64,000 nt of DNA from Squalus acanthias. Taxonomy: Eukaryota. Positions 23,695-37,429 of the stretch are shown here, piece by piece. Within the stretch, counting starts at the first letter, position 1, and every line of letters starts with the position of its first letter. The notes under the pieces were generated by a model that did no database searches, had not been told where the DNA came from, and saw only the letters and a list, made by a program, of their open reading frames with translations. The position numbers and the translations under genes are program-made. The DNA lies in the NCBI GenBank assembly GCA_030390025.1, contig CM059432.1, positions 41,976,001 to 42,040,000 on the forward strand. The letters are read 5' to 3'.

Positions 23695-26129
23695 GGGGGT
23701 GAAATTGGGCTTGGTAGCTCCTACTTCCTGGGCTCTACAAGGCCCCTTAAATGTCCAAAATGGCATCTGCAGCACGTGCACGCACACACTTCTGACAGGA
23801 CGGCATATTTGTAAAGGGGTTAGCGCGAACGCACCTAACATCCGCCGGCAGCATGACGTTGCTCATTTGACACGAGCGCTGCCATTTTGGAGCTCCACGC
23901 TCCAGCCTACGCCCTCTCTTAACGTTGCACAGCTGAACATGACGTTAAGCAGCAGGAAGGCCCCCACCCAGCCCCCCCCCCCCCCACCAGCACTATTTAA
24001 GGGGGTCATCAAGTACTTACAGGTTAGTTGCTGGTTTATTTCTTCTGACTGTTGCTGCAATTTTACGAGTTTTGGATGCTTCCTATAGTTGGTTAAAGTT
24101 TCACTAGTGTACCGGGAGTGGTGTGGCAGGTGCTGAAGTACATTTTTGGTCACTTAAATGCTTGTGAACAAACCAGTTGCTTCCAGACATGCGTGGTCTA
24201 GTAGGGCTTTCTCTTGGCATTGAGCATGACTGGGAGAATGAGCAGAGCAGGCCAAGCAGCTCGAAGAGGGAGGAGGAAAATGGGGAGAAGAGCTCTCAGC
24301 AGGAGGCCATATCTGCAGAGGGTTTTTAGGGAGCAGATCTGTAGGAGAACAGATTGCTGGAGTGCTGTGATGCCCTGGGAGCCCATTGCACACTGGTACC
24401 TAGAGCCATGATGGCAGCAGTCTGAGCTGCCACTGCAGCACTCAGACATTGGGTGGCTGCGGCTTGTGCTGCAATGGAAGCTGAAACATTGGCCATCAGA
24501 TGCTGCATCATATTTAGTTCCACAGGTGTGCTGCTGGAGGTAGCCACCCATTCCATGTTGGAAAGGATGGGCTCCAAGCTCTGCGCAAAGCCCTGTGCCA
24601 AGTTGGTGCCAGACTCCTCTATGCTCCTTGACATTGAACGCAGGCTTTCTGGCATGCTTTCCAGTGCGCCAAGCATTTGGGTGTGTACACCCATCAGCTT
24701 TCTGCTGTAGCCTGGCCCAACAAAGTCATCACCTGCCTGCAGCAGAACTATTGCTGATCCCACCCTCCAGCGAGCTAGCACCTGCGCTATCCTTCCCCCT
24801 GCCCTGACTGCAGCGCACTTATGCCCAGTGTCTCACCATGTGCAGATCCCTTCTCTATGCTATGGAAATTACACGCAGTGTCAGTATCTAAGCTGGTGGC
24901 TGTGACTATGAAATCGAGTGACAATGTGCCTTCATCTTCACTGTCTTCTTGCTCTTCCTCCACTGCCTGGGCAAATTGCAGTTCTTGGGAATCTGAAAGG
25001 AAAAAGGGACAAGGGTAGGGTTGTGATGAGGCTAGGAGAGGAGAAAGTAAGAAGTGCATGCTTACACCATCAGCAATTCTCAGTCAGAAGAGATTGTGGG
25101 ATGAGGGAGAAGTGAGATGAGAGAAGGAGGATTAGGTTTAGGAATACCCTCACCTTCAATCACTTCAGCCCCGCCAGTGGCCATGTCCTCAGCAATGGCG
25201 CTTCCCATAATGGCCAGCTCTGTCTCCTCCATGGGAGTTAGAACATGCAGGTGCGCCTCTCTCCCTCTGGTTTGTTCCTGCTGCCTCTGCTTGTGTGCCA
25301 CCTTCTCCTGTAAGAGAAAGGGAAGTGTGTCAGTGAGTGTCATGCAATCTGTTTGGGTGATGTGGCTGTCATGGATGAATAGCTGCCAGTATGTGCAAGC
25401 TGTGAGATGTGGGTTTGAGGCTTGCAACAGTGCTAAGTGTGAAGGGGGAGTTGAAGCATATGAATTTTAGGTATGAGTCCTGATTGATAGAAATTGTTGG
25501 TAGGTGAGTGATGGGGGTGTGGTGAATTGAGCAGCGGCTGAGGCTAGTGGTGCAGTTAGTAGGATATGACATTTGAAGATGCATTCACTGATCTTGACCC
25601 TTGTGTGAGATCAGTAAACTTCTTCCTGCACTGCAGCCATGTTCTTGGAGTTATACCCCGGCATTGATCTCCACGGTTATCTCTTGCCACTGCCTTCTGA
25701 GCAAGAGCCTAGAGGGCCTCCTGCCCCCTTCCTGAGGATACAACACATCTCTCCTCCGTTCCACCTCTTCAACCAAGACCTCCAGTGCAACGTTCGAAAA
25801 CCTTGGTTCTTGGTCTCTCCCATGGTCAGCCATTCTTCACTCTTTCCCAGGTCAGATTCACTTGTACAGTGACTCCCAGCACCTATTCCAGCCACAATGC
25901 ACCTCCCCTTTAAGAGGTATAGGCTAGCTTTAAGTAGTGCAGGCTAGCTTTAAGCACTGCTAGCCACTCACGATATTGGGTTCCCTGCTGAGGCATGCAG
26001 CCAATGAACAGCATCGGAGCACAGGCAGCATGAATTTGGTGAACTGCCTGCATTACACTGAAGCGGGTTAATCGTGCATCGCGATCCTTGTGCCCATTTT
26101 TGAGGGGGGGTCTAACCAATTTAACCCCC
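23695..26129. mobile_element. Internally deleted Harbinger
   Basis: TAA|GGGGGTGAAATTGG...CCAATTTAACCCCC|TAA; transposase N-terminal stub (+, to YLQRVFREQ ~24335); Myb pseudogene on minus (exon 1 from ~25833, exon 2 from 25307, exon 3 from 24992). Confidence 0.9.
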
Positions 26130-26177
26130 TAAAGGCACTGTATAAATGCAAGTTGTTGTGTTGTTGTTGCTTTCGCA

Positions 26178-26467
26178 GTTCACAAATATAAGATAATCAC
26201 TAATAAATCCAGTAAGGAATTCAGGAGAAACTTCTTTACCCAGAGAGTTGTTAGAATGTAGAACTTGCTACCACATGGAGTAGTTGAGGTGAATAGCATA
26301 GATGCATTTAAGCAGCAGCTAGATAAGGACATGAGGGAGAAAAGAATAGAAGGATATGCTGATAGGGTTAGATGAAGTAGGATGGTAGGAGGCTGGTGTG
26401 GAACATAAACACTGGCATAGACCAATTGGGCTGAATGGCCTGGTCTATCCTGTAAATTCCATGTAAA
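26178..26467 (+). mobile_element. CR1 3' fragment
   Basis: FRRNFFTQRVV homology and CR1 3' UTR. Confidence 0.75.
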
Positions 26468-26719
26468 TGACCATGCCACTAGCATAAATGTCACATATTT
26501 TAATCATTCAGCTGTGGAATGCACAAAGCTTAATCATAGTAGCCAACTACTCGCTTTCTGAGCGGGCATTGATTTATCGTGCGGTTATATACAGTTCTGC
26601 ACAGTTCGCGATTTTCTGGAGTTTCAACAGTTTGCAAGCTATATATAGTGCGCAATGTTTTGTGGGGGCATTAGTTGGTCCTTGAGGTTGCCAGGGAAAC
26701 AGGGGCTGGGATGTCTCAT

Positions 26720-26960
26720 ATTAGTCTTGGGTCAATGGTAGTACACTGACCAGAAGGCGGTGTGTTCAAGCCCCACTTCAGAAATGACCACACAATCTAA
26801 GATGCTGCAATGTTGAAGGTGCTGCCTTTTGCATGAGACATTAAAATAGAGGTCCCATCTTCATTCTCATGTGGACGTAAAACATCCCATGGCGCTTTTC
26901 AAAGAAGAGCAAGGGTGTTTTCCTAGTGTTCTGGCCAATATGAATGCTCCAGCCCCTCAC
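26720..26960 (+). mobile_element. Degenerate DeuSINE fragment
   Basis: gttcaagcccc box B and tggacgtaaaacatcccatggc similar to 15823-16237. Confidence 0.55.
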
Positions 26961-28929
26961 AGAAATAGATTTTGCATCAGCAAAGATTATTTCCTCTTCA
27001 AAAATTTCTAAATTCACCACTGTAAAAATTACACTTTTGTGTACTAGTTTTTTTTCTGTATGGAATACAGCTAATGAAATGTTAGGTATCGCTGAAGCGT
27101 AATCCACAATAGATTCAAGTCCTATTGCACTCCCATTGTCATACTTGTTTTCATATTTCATATTTCAGGCCATTGGGCTTTAGTTTTCATACTGAAACAA
27201 ATTGAATTATGGAATGTGATCATAAAACATTAATAAAAATCTTGAAATCCAATGGAACATGAAAGGAATTTAACTTATTCGGTTACCTTGAAGCGGTGGT
27301 TTTGGTGATAGGGCTTTGTTATGGGCTGGCTTTCAGTTTTATATTGGTTTTTGAGTTATCAGCTTTTTGGAGGCTGTTTCAACCTCTTTGAAGCAATCTG
27401 TCAGCTTTTCTGAGTTTTGTAAGTTGGCATGTATGCAAATTGGCCCAAAACATTGCAGTGCCTGTTTACAGATAGGAATATAAAGGTCTTATTAGATAAT
27501 GTGATCAAAATGTGTGATTTCATTTTGGACCCTGCTGCTTGCTTATTTATTCAAACCATAGTGAATGTTGTCAGCTTATTTTGCAATGATGTTTTCTCTT
27601 TGTATATGTGGTTTGTTTGTGACATGTAATGCCAAATCTATTTCTCCTAAATGATTTTGTATTGGAAGGAGTAAGTGTACTAATTGGTATCATGGGGGAG
27701 GGGGTGCAGAAGGCATTTACACTGTCCTCTGTAAAACCGGGCAGTTCCACACAGATATTCTGCATTGTGGTTCTGCAGCTGTTTTATTACTTTACCTTTT
27801 TAGTACACAAATGTAGCTCTCTCTCTCTCTCTTTCTCTGTCTTCCTGTCTCATGGGTAATTAAGCAAGGAAGTCGTTCAGGTGTAGTTTTGTTCAGCCAT
27901 GAGGTGGTTTCATTGAAGCTTGGCGAACAACCTCAAACGGCGTAAATTGACATTGGTAAATTGGCAAACAAATGGGTGTAAAATCAGGCATAACTTCCCA
28001 AAATCGGACAGAGAGTATTACGGATAGCTTATCCGCCAACAACTGTTTTCCACCCTGCCAGAGTTGGAAAATTGGCCCCACTAGATTTTTCAACAGTAGC
28101 TATAACTCCTTGTCCCAGTTGAAGAATTGAAGGTCTCAAGAGAGAGTAGAACTCAGTACCCAGAAAGAGGCAGGCCTGTATAGAAGAAACGTTTTGGAAG
28201 CATTTCTAATATTACAATGAATAATGCCCTTTTCTGAATTATGTAATTTGCAATGTATTTATTGTGGTATAAATTTAACTTTTATGTAATATACCTGGTA
28301 TGTGAAAAAAAAACTGTTTAAAGAAAATTGATTGAGCAAATTGGTTGTTTGATTTTTGAGGTACTTGTTTATTTGTGAATCGTAGCTTTTCTTATCTATC
28401 TAGCAAATTGAATTTGTCTTTGGTTGGGTTTACATTTAGTCAATGGAATTTTTAGGCCAATTAGCATGAGTGACTTGACAGATATTGTCTAGTTGAGCCA
28501 ATCATGACTTCTTGCCCTTATATGTGTGACACTTTTGAAGTGTGCCATTTTTATGGTGCTACTGATGTGCCCTAGATGGAACACTTAATTATATAGAAAA
28601 TAGAACAGAAATATAAGGGAGGAAATGTTGCATGCAGTAGTTGATTCATATGTGCTAATTTGTGGTGCTGATGATGCTTGCTTTATAGATGATCATATTT
28701 GAACAAAGGAATCTTGGGATTTTTACATTTGGTACCTATTATGCAGTCATATGTTCCAATCATTTGACCCCATTGAGAAAATACTGGAACATATTTGCAG
28801 AGACAGATCTAATACAAATTAAAATTAATTATTAAAAAAAAGTATGCTGTGTATATTTTTGCTGTTATAAAAACAGCACAATATGTCAGCAGTGCTTTCA
28901 TAATAGTGTTTATTTGTTAGGAAAAGTAT

Positions 28930-29435
28930 CAACTTAGCTCAGCTGGTACCACTTTTGAGTCTGAAGGTTGTGGATTCCAGTACTTGAATACATGGATTAG
29001 GCTGATATTCAATTGCAGGATTGAGGGATGCCATCCTTCAGATATTAACCTTCTGTCTGTGCCAGTTATTCAGATGTTAAAGATACCATGGCACTATTCA
29101 AAGAAAATTCCTAGGGAGTCATTTTGACTTTGTGCGGTAGGGTAAAATGAGTGATAGCAAATCGGCAGCCCAATTTGCTACCACCCATTTTAAACTGTCT
29201 CTCAAAGTCAAAATCCCCCCCCCCCCCCCCGCCCCTAGTATCCAGGCTAACATTCCACCCTCAACCAAAACAGATTAACTGGTCGTTCATCTCATTGCTA
29301 TTTATGGTGGTCTTACTATGTGCAAAATGTCTGCGGCTTTTGACAACATAACAGACACTGGATTTCAAAATAATTCATTGTATATGAAACACTTTATGAC
29401 AATTTTGAGAGGTGCTATATAAATGCAAGCTTTTC
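28930..29435 (+). mobile_element. Degenerate DeuSINE with internal insertion
   Basis: tagctcagctgg box A, ccatggcactattc, gctatataaatgcaagc tail. Confidence 0.55.
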
Positions 29436-30512
29436 TTAAACAGCAATAGCTGCAATCAACACCATGACCAAGAGATGGTGGTATTGTATTTACTAAAAGG
29501 CAGAGTTTGCAGGCATTCTCTGATTATTGAAATACTATGTATTAACATGATTTACTTTTGTATAAGGCAATTATTTTGGTATATATTGTAGGTATTTTAT
29601 CAGATAGGGTACTTCACCTAATATTTTTTAAAGGTATCTTTGTGATGAATCGGAGATCTATTTTGTTTCATTTCATAAAAGACTCTATAGGCTAAATCTG
29701 CAATCGCGGAGTCCCAGTGAGGAATCACACTTCTAAAAAAACTTGGGTCGGAGAATTAGGGCTAGAATGTTGTAACATTATCTCTGATCCACACGCCCAT
29801 TCGAGCACAACTTTTCTGCTGGGAGCAAGGGAATGTGGAATTAGCCCTTACATTTTTAATATTTCTTCATGAGAGCTGGTCCCTGTGATCACTTCAATTT
29901 TGTTACTGCTTTGACTTCATACGGGCTTGACAGGAGGATTATACACATTCTCTGGCTCATAGCTATGTAACTAGGATGTCTTTGAGTTCTTTTTCTTCAA
30001 CGATCTGTTTAATTGCATTTGTGGAAACTATGCATGGCTGTAGCTTAGATAGGAGGAGGATGCTTTCACAGGTTGCTATTACAGTAGGGTTGCCTGAAAC
30101 AGTCTGTTTCATCTGGTAATTAATTAGTCAAGGGATAAAAAACTAACAGGTAGCCTTTCATAGTCTCTCTGTCTATAAAGATGTAATTGTTTAAAAGACT
30201 TATTACCAGACTAGTAGAAGGAAACATTGCTATTTGTTGGGATTGCTGATCCAACATCTGAATCTATTACAGCAGGCATTTTATCCAGGATGCTGATTGA
30301 CAGCTCCATGCTCATAGTCTAACTACAACAACAATAACTTGCATTTATATAGTGCCTTTGATGTAGGAAAACGTCCCATGATGCATCATAGAAACGTAAT
30401 CGGACAAAGATTGATACCAAGCTAAAGAAGGAGATATTCCGAGGGGGTGACTAAAAGCTTATTTAAAGAAGTAGCTTTTACTGATGGCCTTAAAGAGAGG
30501 TGGCGAGGCTAT

Positions 30513-31255
30513 GGGCGAAAAATTGAGTTGCGCCCCCTTTGGGGTGCTAACTTCGCCGGGGCGCTAAAAGTAACGCCCCGGAAAAATTAGCGCCCCCCCA
30601 ACCGAAATTGAGTGGTAGCGCCCCAAGAGGGAAGCGGGTCGCTACTGGAAGCGCCCCGCCTCCCTCATGGGGCGCTGCGAGGGAATATCACGGTTCTACG
30701 TGCCGCGGTATTGCAGGCCTTCCTCCCCTTCTTAAAGGGGAGGGGCCTTGCGCAGCGCGACCCGGGGCCCAGCTGGGCCCCCGGGGATCGGGAGTGCCGG
30801 CAAAAGAGCCTGGCACTCAAGAGAAGTGCCGGGCTCATGGAGCGCAGCCGGCACTCCGCGGGGGTGCGGGTAAGGAGGCCGGGATCGGCAGTGGAGGCAG
30901 GTGCTGGCAGGCAGCCAGCAACAAAAATGGCTCCCGGCACCTCACCTTTAAATAGCGCCGCCCCGGCCGCAGGTAGGGCCCCCTGACCCTGTCGGACATA
31001 GCATCCGGCGGTAAGTCAGGGGGCGCTACCAAAGATTGTGGCCAGGACGCGAGCGGGGCGCTGTGCACGGCGATGACGTCATCACTGGCGGTGCAGCGCC
31101 GCGGGGTGCTAATAGTTAGCGCCGTCGCTAAGCTCCCACTGAATTTTCGCGGGAGACATTGGTGGCGCTGCGCCCAGGCGTGAGTTGCTTTGTGCCCCTG
31201 TTAGCGGCCTCTTAGAGTGCTAACGGGAGGCGCAAAGCAACCGAATTTTTCCCCC
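30513..31255. mobile_element. Harbinger-family MITE (743 bp)
   Basis: TAT|GGGCGAAAAATT...AATTTTTCCCCC|TAT; subterminal TTAGCGCC/GGCGCTAA motifs as in the 58480 element. Confidence 0.9.
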
Positions 31256-31874
31256 TATAGGTTTAGGAAGGGAATTCTAGAATTTAGGGCCTAGACGGCT
31301 GAAGGCACAACCACCAATGGTGGAGTGAAGGGAGTGGGGATGCGTAAGAGACCAGAGTTGGAGGATTGCAATGTTTTCGGAAGGTTGTAGGGCTGGAGGA
31401 GGTTACAGAGATAGGGAGGGGTAAGGCCATGGAGGGGTTTGTCAATGAGAATTTTAAATTTGAAGCATTGGTGGACCAAGAGCTGATGTAGGTCAGCGAG
31501 CACAGGGGTGATGGGTGAGCAGGACTTGGTGCTGGTTAGGATACGAGCAGCAGAGTTTTGGATGAGCTGAAGTTTATGGAGGGTGAAGGTGGGAGGCTGA
31601 CCAGAACAGCATTGGAAGTCAAGTTTGGAGGTAAGAAAATGCATGGATGAGGGTTTCGATAACAGATAGGCTGAAGCAGGGGCAGAGACGGGCACTGTTA
31701 CGGTGGTGGAAGTAAGCGATCTTTGTGATGAAGAGTTTATGGTCGGAAGCTCAGCTCAAGGTCAAATAGAATGCTAGGGTTGTGAACAGTCTGGTTCAGT
31801 CTGGGACAGTGATGGGGAGAGGGATTGAAACGGTGGCTAGGGAACGGAGTCTTTAGATGGTGGTCAAAGACAGT

Positions 31875-32324
31875 GGGCTGGATTTTGAATGACCCATGGA
31901 GTCGGGTTTGGAGGCGTGTGGGGGGTTAAATTTGCGGGGTCGGGGTTTCCGACCCCATCCCGACTCCATCCCGCCTCCACGCAATTTTGACATAATCAGT
32001 CGCGGGGTTCCCGATTCCGTCCCGCCTCCAAGAGGCGGGAGAGGCCATTAAAGCCCTTAACAAGCTCTAAATTGGCTCTGTAATGCGATTTTGAAACGCT
32101 GTAGCTAGTTTAACCCTCTTCTGACGTGAAGCACGCCTGGTGTAAAACACTCCAGTGAAACCTGGCGGGAGCACAAGTGGATAGCTGACTTTCGGCTGCA
32201 AGTGCACTATTACAACGGAGATGTGATGAAGGTGGTACTGGTGCTAGTATTAGGTCTGAACATTGCCTCTGCTGCTGCATTGAATGTCTTAAGAGACTGC
32301 CTGGGAGGACTTACTTGGCAAAAA

Positions 32325-32362
<38 letters not shown>

Positions 32363-32630
32363 TTCTGCATCCAGGTCCACTCACATCATAAGCCAGGCAA
32401 CCCCTCTCTCACCAACACTCTCTGAGACTAGGCAGTCAGTACTGATGACATCATCAGAGGCGGGTTTCAGACTGAAAACACTAATTAGTTCATGGGTTCC
32501 CACATGCTCCAATTTAATTGCCCAATTAAGTGAAAATTGCATCAGGCACCCACATTAATCTGGAGTTGGGGGGGAAACACGAAATGCGGATTACACGACC
32601 CCAACCCGACCCCAAGACAAAATCCAGCCC
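31875..32630. mobile_element. MITE with GGGCTGGATTTT TIRs (probably Harbinger)
   Basis: AGT|GGGCTGGATTTT...AAAATCCAGCCC|AAT inserted in L2. Confidence 0.85.
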
Positions 32631-33459
32631 AATGGCTTCCGTCTTCCCAATGTTTAATTGGAGACAATTGCAGCTCAACCAGGACCAGAAGTTGGACAAG
32701 CAGGCTGTCAACACAAAGATAGTGGAGGGGTTGAGAGAGGTAATGCTGAGATATAGCTGGGTGTTGTTAATGTACATGTGGAACCTCACGCGGCTTTGGA
32801 TGATATTGCCGAGGGCCAGCATGTACATGAGCAATAGGAGGGGGCCAACGATAGATCCTTGAGATACTCCAGAGGTAAAGGTGCAGTGGTGAGAAGAGAA
32901 GCCATTGCAGGAGGTTGGAATCATAGAATTATACAGCACAGAAGGAGGCCATTCGGCCCATCGTGCATGTGCCGGCTCTTTGAAAGAGCTATCCAATTAG
33001 TCCTACTACCCTGCTCTTTCCCCATAGCCCTGTAAAAAAAAGTTCCCTTCAAGTAATTATCCAATTCCCTTTTGAAAGTTACTATTGAGTTTGCTTCCAC
33101 CACCCTTTCAGGCAGTGCATTCCAGGTCACAACAACTCGCTACGTAAAATTAAAATTCCTCTTGTCGTCTCTGGTTCTTTTGCCTATCATCTTAAATATG
33201 TGTCATCTGATTACTGACCTATCTGCCACTGGAAACAGTGTCTCCTTATTTACTCTATTAAAACTCTTTATGATTTTGAACACCTCTATCAAATCTTCTC
33301 TTAACCTTCTCTGTTCTAAGGAGAACAACCCCAGCTTCTCCAGTCTCTCCACATAACTGAAGTTCTTCATCCCTGGTACCATTCTAGTAAATCTCTTCTG
33401 CACACTCTCTAAGTCCTTGACATCCTTCCTAAAGTGTGGTGCCTAGAATTGAACACTAT

Positions 33460-34217
33460 GGGCTGGATTTTGATACTGGGGCGGGTTGGGGTCGTGTCAT
33501 CCGCATTTCGTGTTATCCACCCACCTGCAATTGGATGTGGGAGATTGATGCAATTTTCACTTAATTGGGCAATTGAGTTCCAGCATGTGGGAACCCATGA
33601 ACCAATTAGTGGTTTCAGTCTGAAAGTCGCCACTGATGATGTCATCATTGCAGGTCAGAGACTGCCTGGTCTCAGAGATTGCCTGGCCTTTGCTGTGAGA
33701 GGACCTGGATGCAAAATGAGCAGCATCTCAGAGAGAGAGAGAGAATTTTTTTTGCAACCAAGTCCTCCCAGGCAGTCTCTGAAGACATTCAATGCAGTAG
33801 CATCAGAGGCGACTTTCAGACCTAATACTACTACTACCTTCATCACAATACTACTACTACCTTCATCACATCTCCGTTGTAATAGTGGACCTGCAGCTGA
33901 TAGTCAGCTATCCACTTGTACTCCCGCCAGGTTTCACTGGCGTGTTTCACATCAGGCGTACTTCACGTCGGAAAAGGGTTAAACTAGCTAAAACGTTTCA
34001 AAATGGTATTACAGAGCCAATTTAGAGCTTGTTAAGGGCTTTAATGGCCTCTCCCGCCTCTTGGAGGCGGGACGGAGTCGGGAACCCCGCGACCGATTTT
34101 GTCAAAATTGCGTGGAGGCGGAATGGAGGCGGAATGGGGTCAGGACCCCCGAATCTGCAACTTTAACCCCCCACATGCCTCCAAACCCGACTCTACGGGT
34201 CATTGAAAATCCAGCCC
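33460..34217. mobile_element. MITE, inverted sister copy of 31875-32630
   Basis: TAT|GGGCTGGATTTT...AAAATCCAGCCC|TAT. Confidence 0.9.
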
Positions 34218-34287
34218 TATATGCCATCTGAGGACTAACCAGTGTTTTATAAAGGTTTTGCATAACTTATTTGCTTTTGTACTCTAT

Positions 34288-35118
34288 GGGCTGGATTTTG
34301 AAGTTGGAGTCGGGTTGGGGTCGGGAATCACACATTCTGGCTTGTGAACCCGCCTCCATCGAGATGTGGCCAACCCACTGTATTTTCCCTTGATTGACCT
34401 TGTTGAGCCCGCCCAGTGGGCTCAGCAGGCCAATTAAAGGCCACCCGGCAACAGGTGACGTCACAGACTGACATTTCATCTGTCAAGAGCTTTTGACAGC
34501 TCTGTGAAGCTGTCAAACACTCACAATATGATTTCTATCTTCAGTCCTTCCTCTCAGGCTGAGTTAGAAATCATTCCAGCACAGAAAACAGAAGGCTGCA
34601 GTTTTTGATAGGTCCACAGCTTTCCTGCTTTCTGTGCCGGTGAGATTTCTAACTCCCGAGAACTGAAGGGCTGACACCTGCAGGAGGAAGTTAAGGTAAG
34701 TAAAACTTTTTCCAACACTTAGCACTTACCTTACACACTTACCTCTGCACACATGCACCCATCACTCACCTGCCCACCGGACATATCGACCCCTCCAACC
34801 CCTGCAGACCCACGGCCCGCCCCGATAACTTGGCGTGGTTGCCACCTGTCGGGAAGCCCACACTTTTCATTTTAAAATAGGGATTATGCAAAAAACTGCC
34901 TGTTAACTACCTGTTAACAGGCAGTTAATTGTCACTAATCCCTTCCCGCCTCGGGGAGTCGGGTCTCAGAGCAGGTCGGGTACCCGCCGCCAGAGAAACT
35001 GGCATGGAGGCGGGTTGGAGTCGGGATGGGGTCGGGACCCCCGAATCTGCAACTTTAACCCCCCCCCCCCCCCCCCCGCCTCCAAACCCGACTCCACGGG
35101 TCATTGAAAATCCAGCCC
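34288..35118. mobile_element. MITE with the same TIRs and a different interior
   Basis: TAT|GGGCTGGATTTT...AAAATCCAGCCC|CAT. Confidence 0.85.
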
Positions 35119-37429
35119 CATGCCTCTATTAATAAAACCAAGGATCCCATATGCTTCTTTAATTACCTTCTCAACATGTCCTGCTGCCTTCAAAGAATTG
35201 TGTACATACAGGTCTCCCTGTTCTGCACCCCCTTTAAAATTGTACCATTTAGTTTATATAGCCTCTCCCCATTCTTGCTACTAAAATGTATCACCTCACA
35301 CTTCTCTGCATTAAATTTCATCTGCCATGTGTCTGCTCATTCCCCCAGTCTGTCTATGTCTCCTTGAAGTCTGTTACTATCCTCATCATTATTTACTACA
35401 TTTTCAAGTTTTGAGTCATTTGCAAACTTTGAAATTATGCCCTGTATATCCAAGCCCAGGTCATTAATACATATCAAAAAGAGCAGTGGTCCTAATAGGG
35501 GACATCATTGTATACTTCCCTCCAGTCTGAAAAATAACCATTCATCACTACTTTCTGCTTTTTGCCCCTTAGCCAATTTCATATCCACGATGCCACTGTC
35601 CCTTTAATCCCATGGGCGTTAATTTTGCTTACAAGTCTATTATGTGGTACTTTTTCAAACGCCTTTTGAAAGTCCATATACACAACATCAACCGCACTAC
35701 CCTCATCTCCCGTTTCCGTTACTTCTGACTACAATTGGTTAAGCAAGACTGAAACTAAGCAGAGTCAGTCCCACACAGCTGAACAACAAAGGAGAGGCAT
35801 TGAAGGAGGATGGTGTGGTTGACCATGTCAAAAGCTGCAGAGAAGTCAAGAAGGATGGATTGTGCACCATGGTCACAGTCATAGAGGATGTCATTTGTGA
35901 CTTTGATTAGGGCCGTATCAGTGCTGTGGCAGGGGTGAAAACCTGATTAGTGACTTTCAAACATGAAGTTGTGGGAAAGATGAACTGATTTGGGAGGCAG
36001 TAGCACATTCAAGAGGAAAGGGAGGTTGGAGATGGGGCAGTAGTTCGCAAGGGTGAGTTTTTTGAGGAGGGACATGATAATGGCAGTTTTGAAAGAAATG
36101 GAGGAAAGTACCTGAGGAGAGGAAATCGTTTACAATGTTAGCTAGCATGGGGGCCAGGAAGGGAAGTTGAGTGGTCACCAGTTTAGTGGGAATAGGGTTG
36201 AGAGAGCAGGAGATGGGTCTCATGGACAAGATAAGATTGGAGAGGGCATGACATAGAAATATAAACTAGTTCCCTTTTCTTCTGTACTTTTGCTTGAGTG
36301 AAGGCATACTTTGGGCTTTACAAAGTTGTCTTTCTCACATAAAAATGTTTCATCAGAATGCAAGTTGTTTAAATAGGCACAGAGAACTACTAAAGTTTTA
36401 TTGACTTATACTGTTTTAAAAGGGACACCTGGGATTAGGTGAGGTATTATGATCTAGTGAAATCTCTTCTGTTTGCTTTTGCTTCTGTTTAATTTTACTT
36501 CTTAATAAACCTGATTTGCAGTTTATAGTCTGGGGTGTATGGTCTGTCAAAGTGTTATTAGTCCATCAATCATAGAGACCAGGACTGGGCATCTCTTGCT
36601 AATTTCCAGTGAGGCAAGGCATCTCTTGCTAATTTCTAATAAGGTTATCAGTAACATGAAGAGTTTAGTGGCCATGCTAACTCCCAGATTACTTCACACG
36701 TAAGATCATGTTTCAGGTTCATAGGAAGCATGGGCTTGCCTGTTTATGTGTTCCTTTGTGTTAGGTGCAAGAGGAAGCATCCGGACAGCATCCAAATCTA
36801 AACAAATTTTAAAAGTATTTTATCTCCATTCTCTTAATAGCCTGTTCTAACTATAAGGATTAGGAGGTGACTGTAAATGTTCGCTGCCAGGTGGAGCACC
36901 TAAGGTGATACCTCAGATGCAACTTCTGCCAAGATGACCTACCTGCTGTTGGCTAGGCACCTCTGCTGGTGCTATGACTGATGATTCACAGATTACCATC
37001 TAGGGAAAGCTAAAGTGCAAATGTCAGTTGAGACAAGGATGTAGACTTGAGTTGCCCAGCCTTTGGAGCAGCTGTTAAACGTCAAAAATTCACCCTTAGT
37101 TAAAAATAAGTCTGAGAAGTGCAAAATTCACTTAACAACATGTCTATTTTATGTAGATTTCAAGGCTCAACATTTGCTCTGCAGTTGTAGTAGAGGGGCA
37201 GGACTTCCAGCTGCCAGTGATGTGCATCACTGACCTTGCCAGAATTTGCAGTGTCAGCCCATCTGCATATTATGCAGCAGGCCACAGATGAGAGAATCCC
37301 ATGTGAAACGGGAGTAGAGTGCTTGGGGTGGGAGTCGGGGTGGGGAAGAATCTTGTTGCTGTACGATTTTAAAGGTTTGTGCAATTGCACTGATTTCTTA
37401 TTAGGGGATTTCTGTGCCTTTTCAAGGTG

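Larger units (their letters stand above)
21215..26170 (+). mobile_element. L2 LINE 3' part (21215-21991, 23217-23694, 26133-26170) split by Penelope and Harbinger insertions
   Basis: RT LDLSAAFDMVDH...YADDTQLY; sequence resumes after each insertion; tail tataaatgcaagttgttg. Confidence 0.88.
32919..35725 (-). mobile_element. CR1 fragment interrupted by two MITEs
   Basis: QKRFTRMVPG...LFSLEQRRL, WNALPERVVEA; continues after 34217 and 35118. Confidence 0.85.
30322..36250 (-). mobile_element. L2 LINE hosting nested MITEs and a CR1
   Basis: L2 segments 30322-30509, 31259-31874, 32631-32918 and ~35725-36250 are colinear across the insertions. Confidence 0.8.

Noticed and set aside
26841..27161. 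106-aa minus-strand ORF
   Set aside because: No recognisable domain, and it runs into an antisense SINE.
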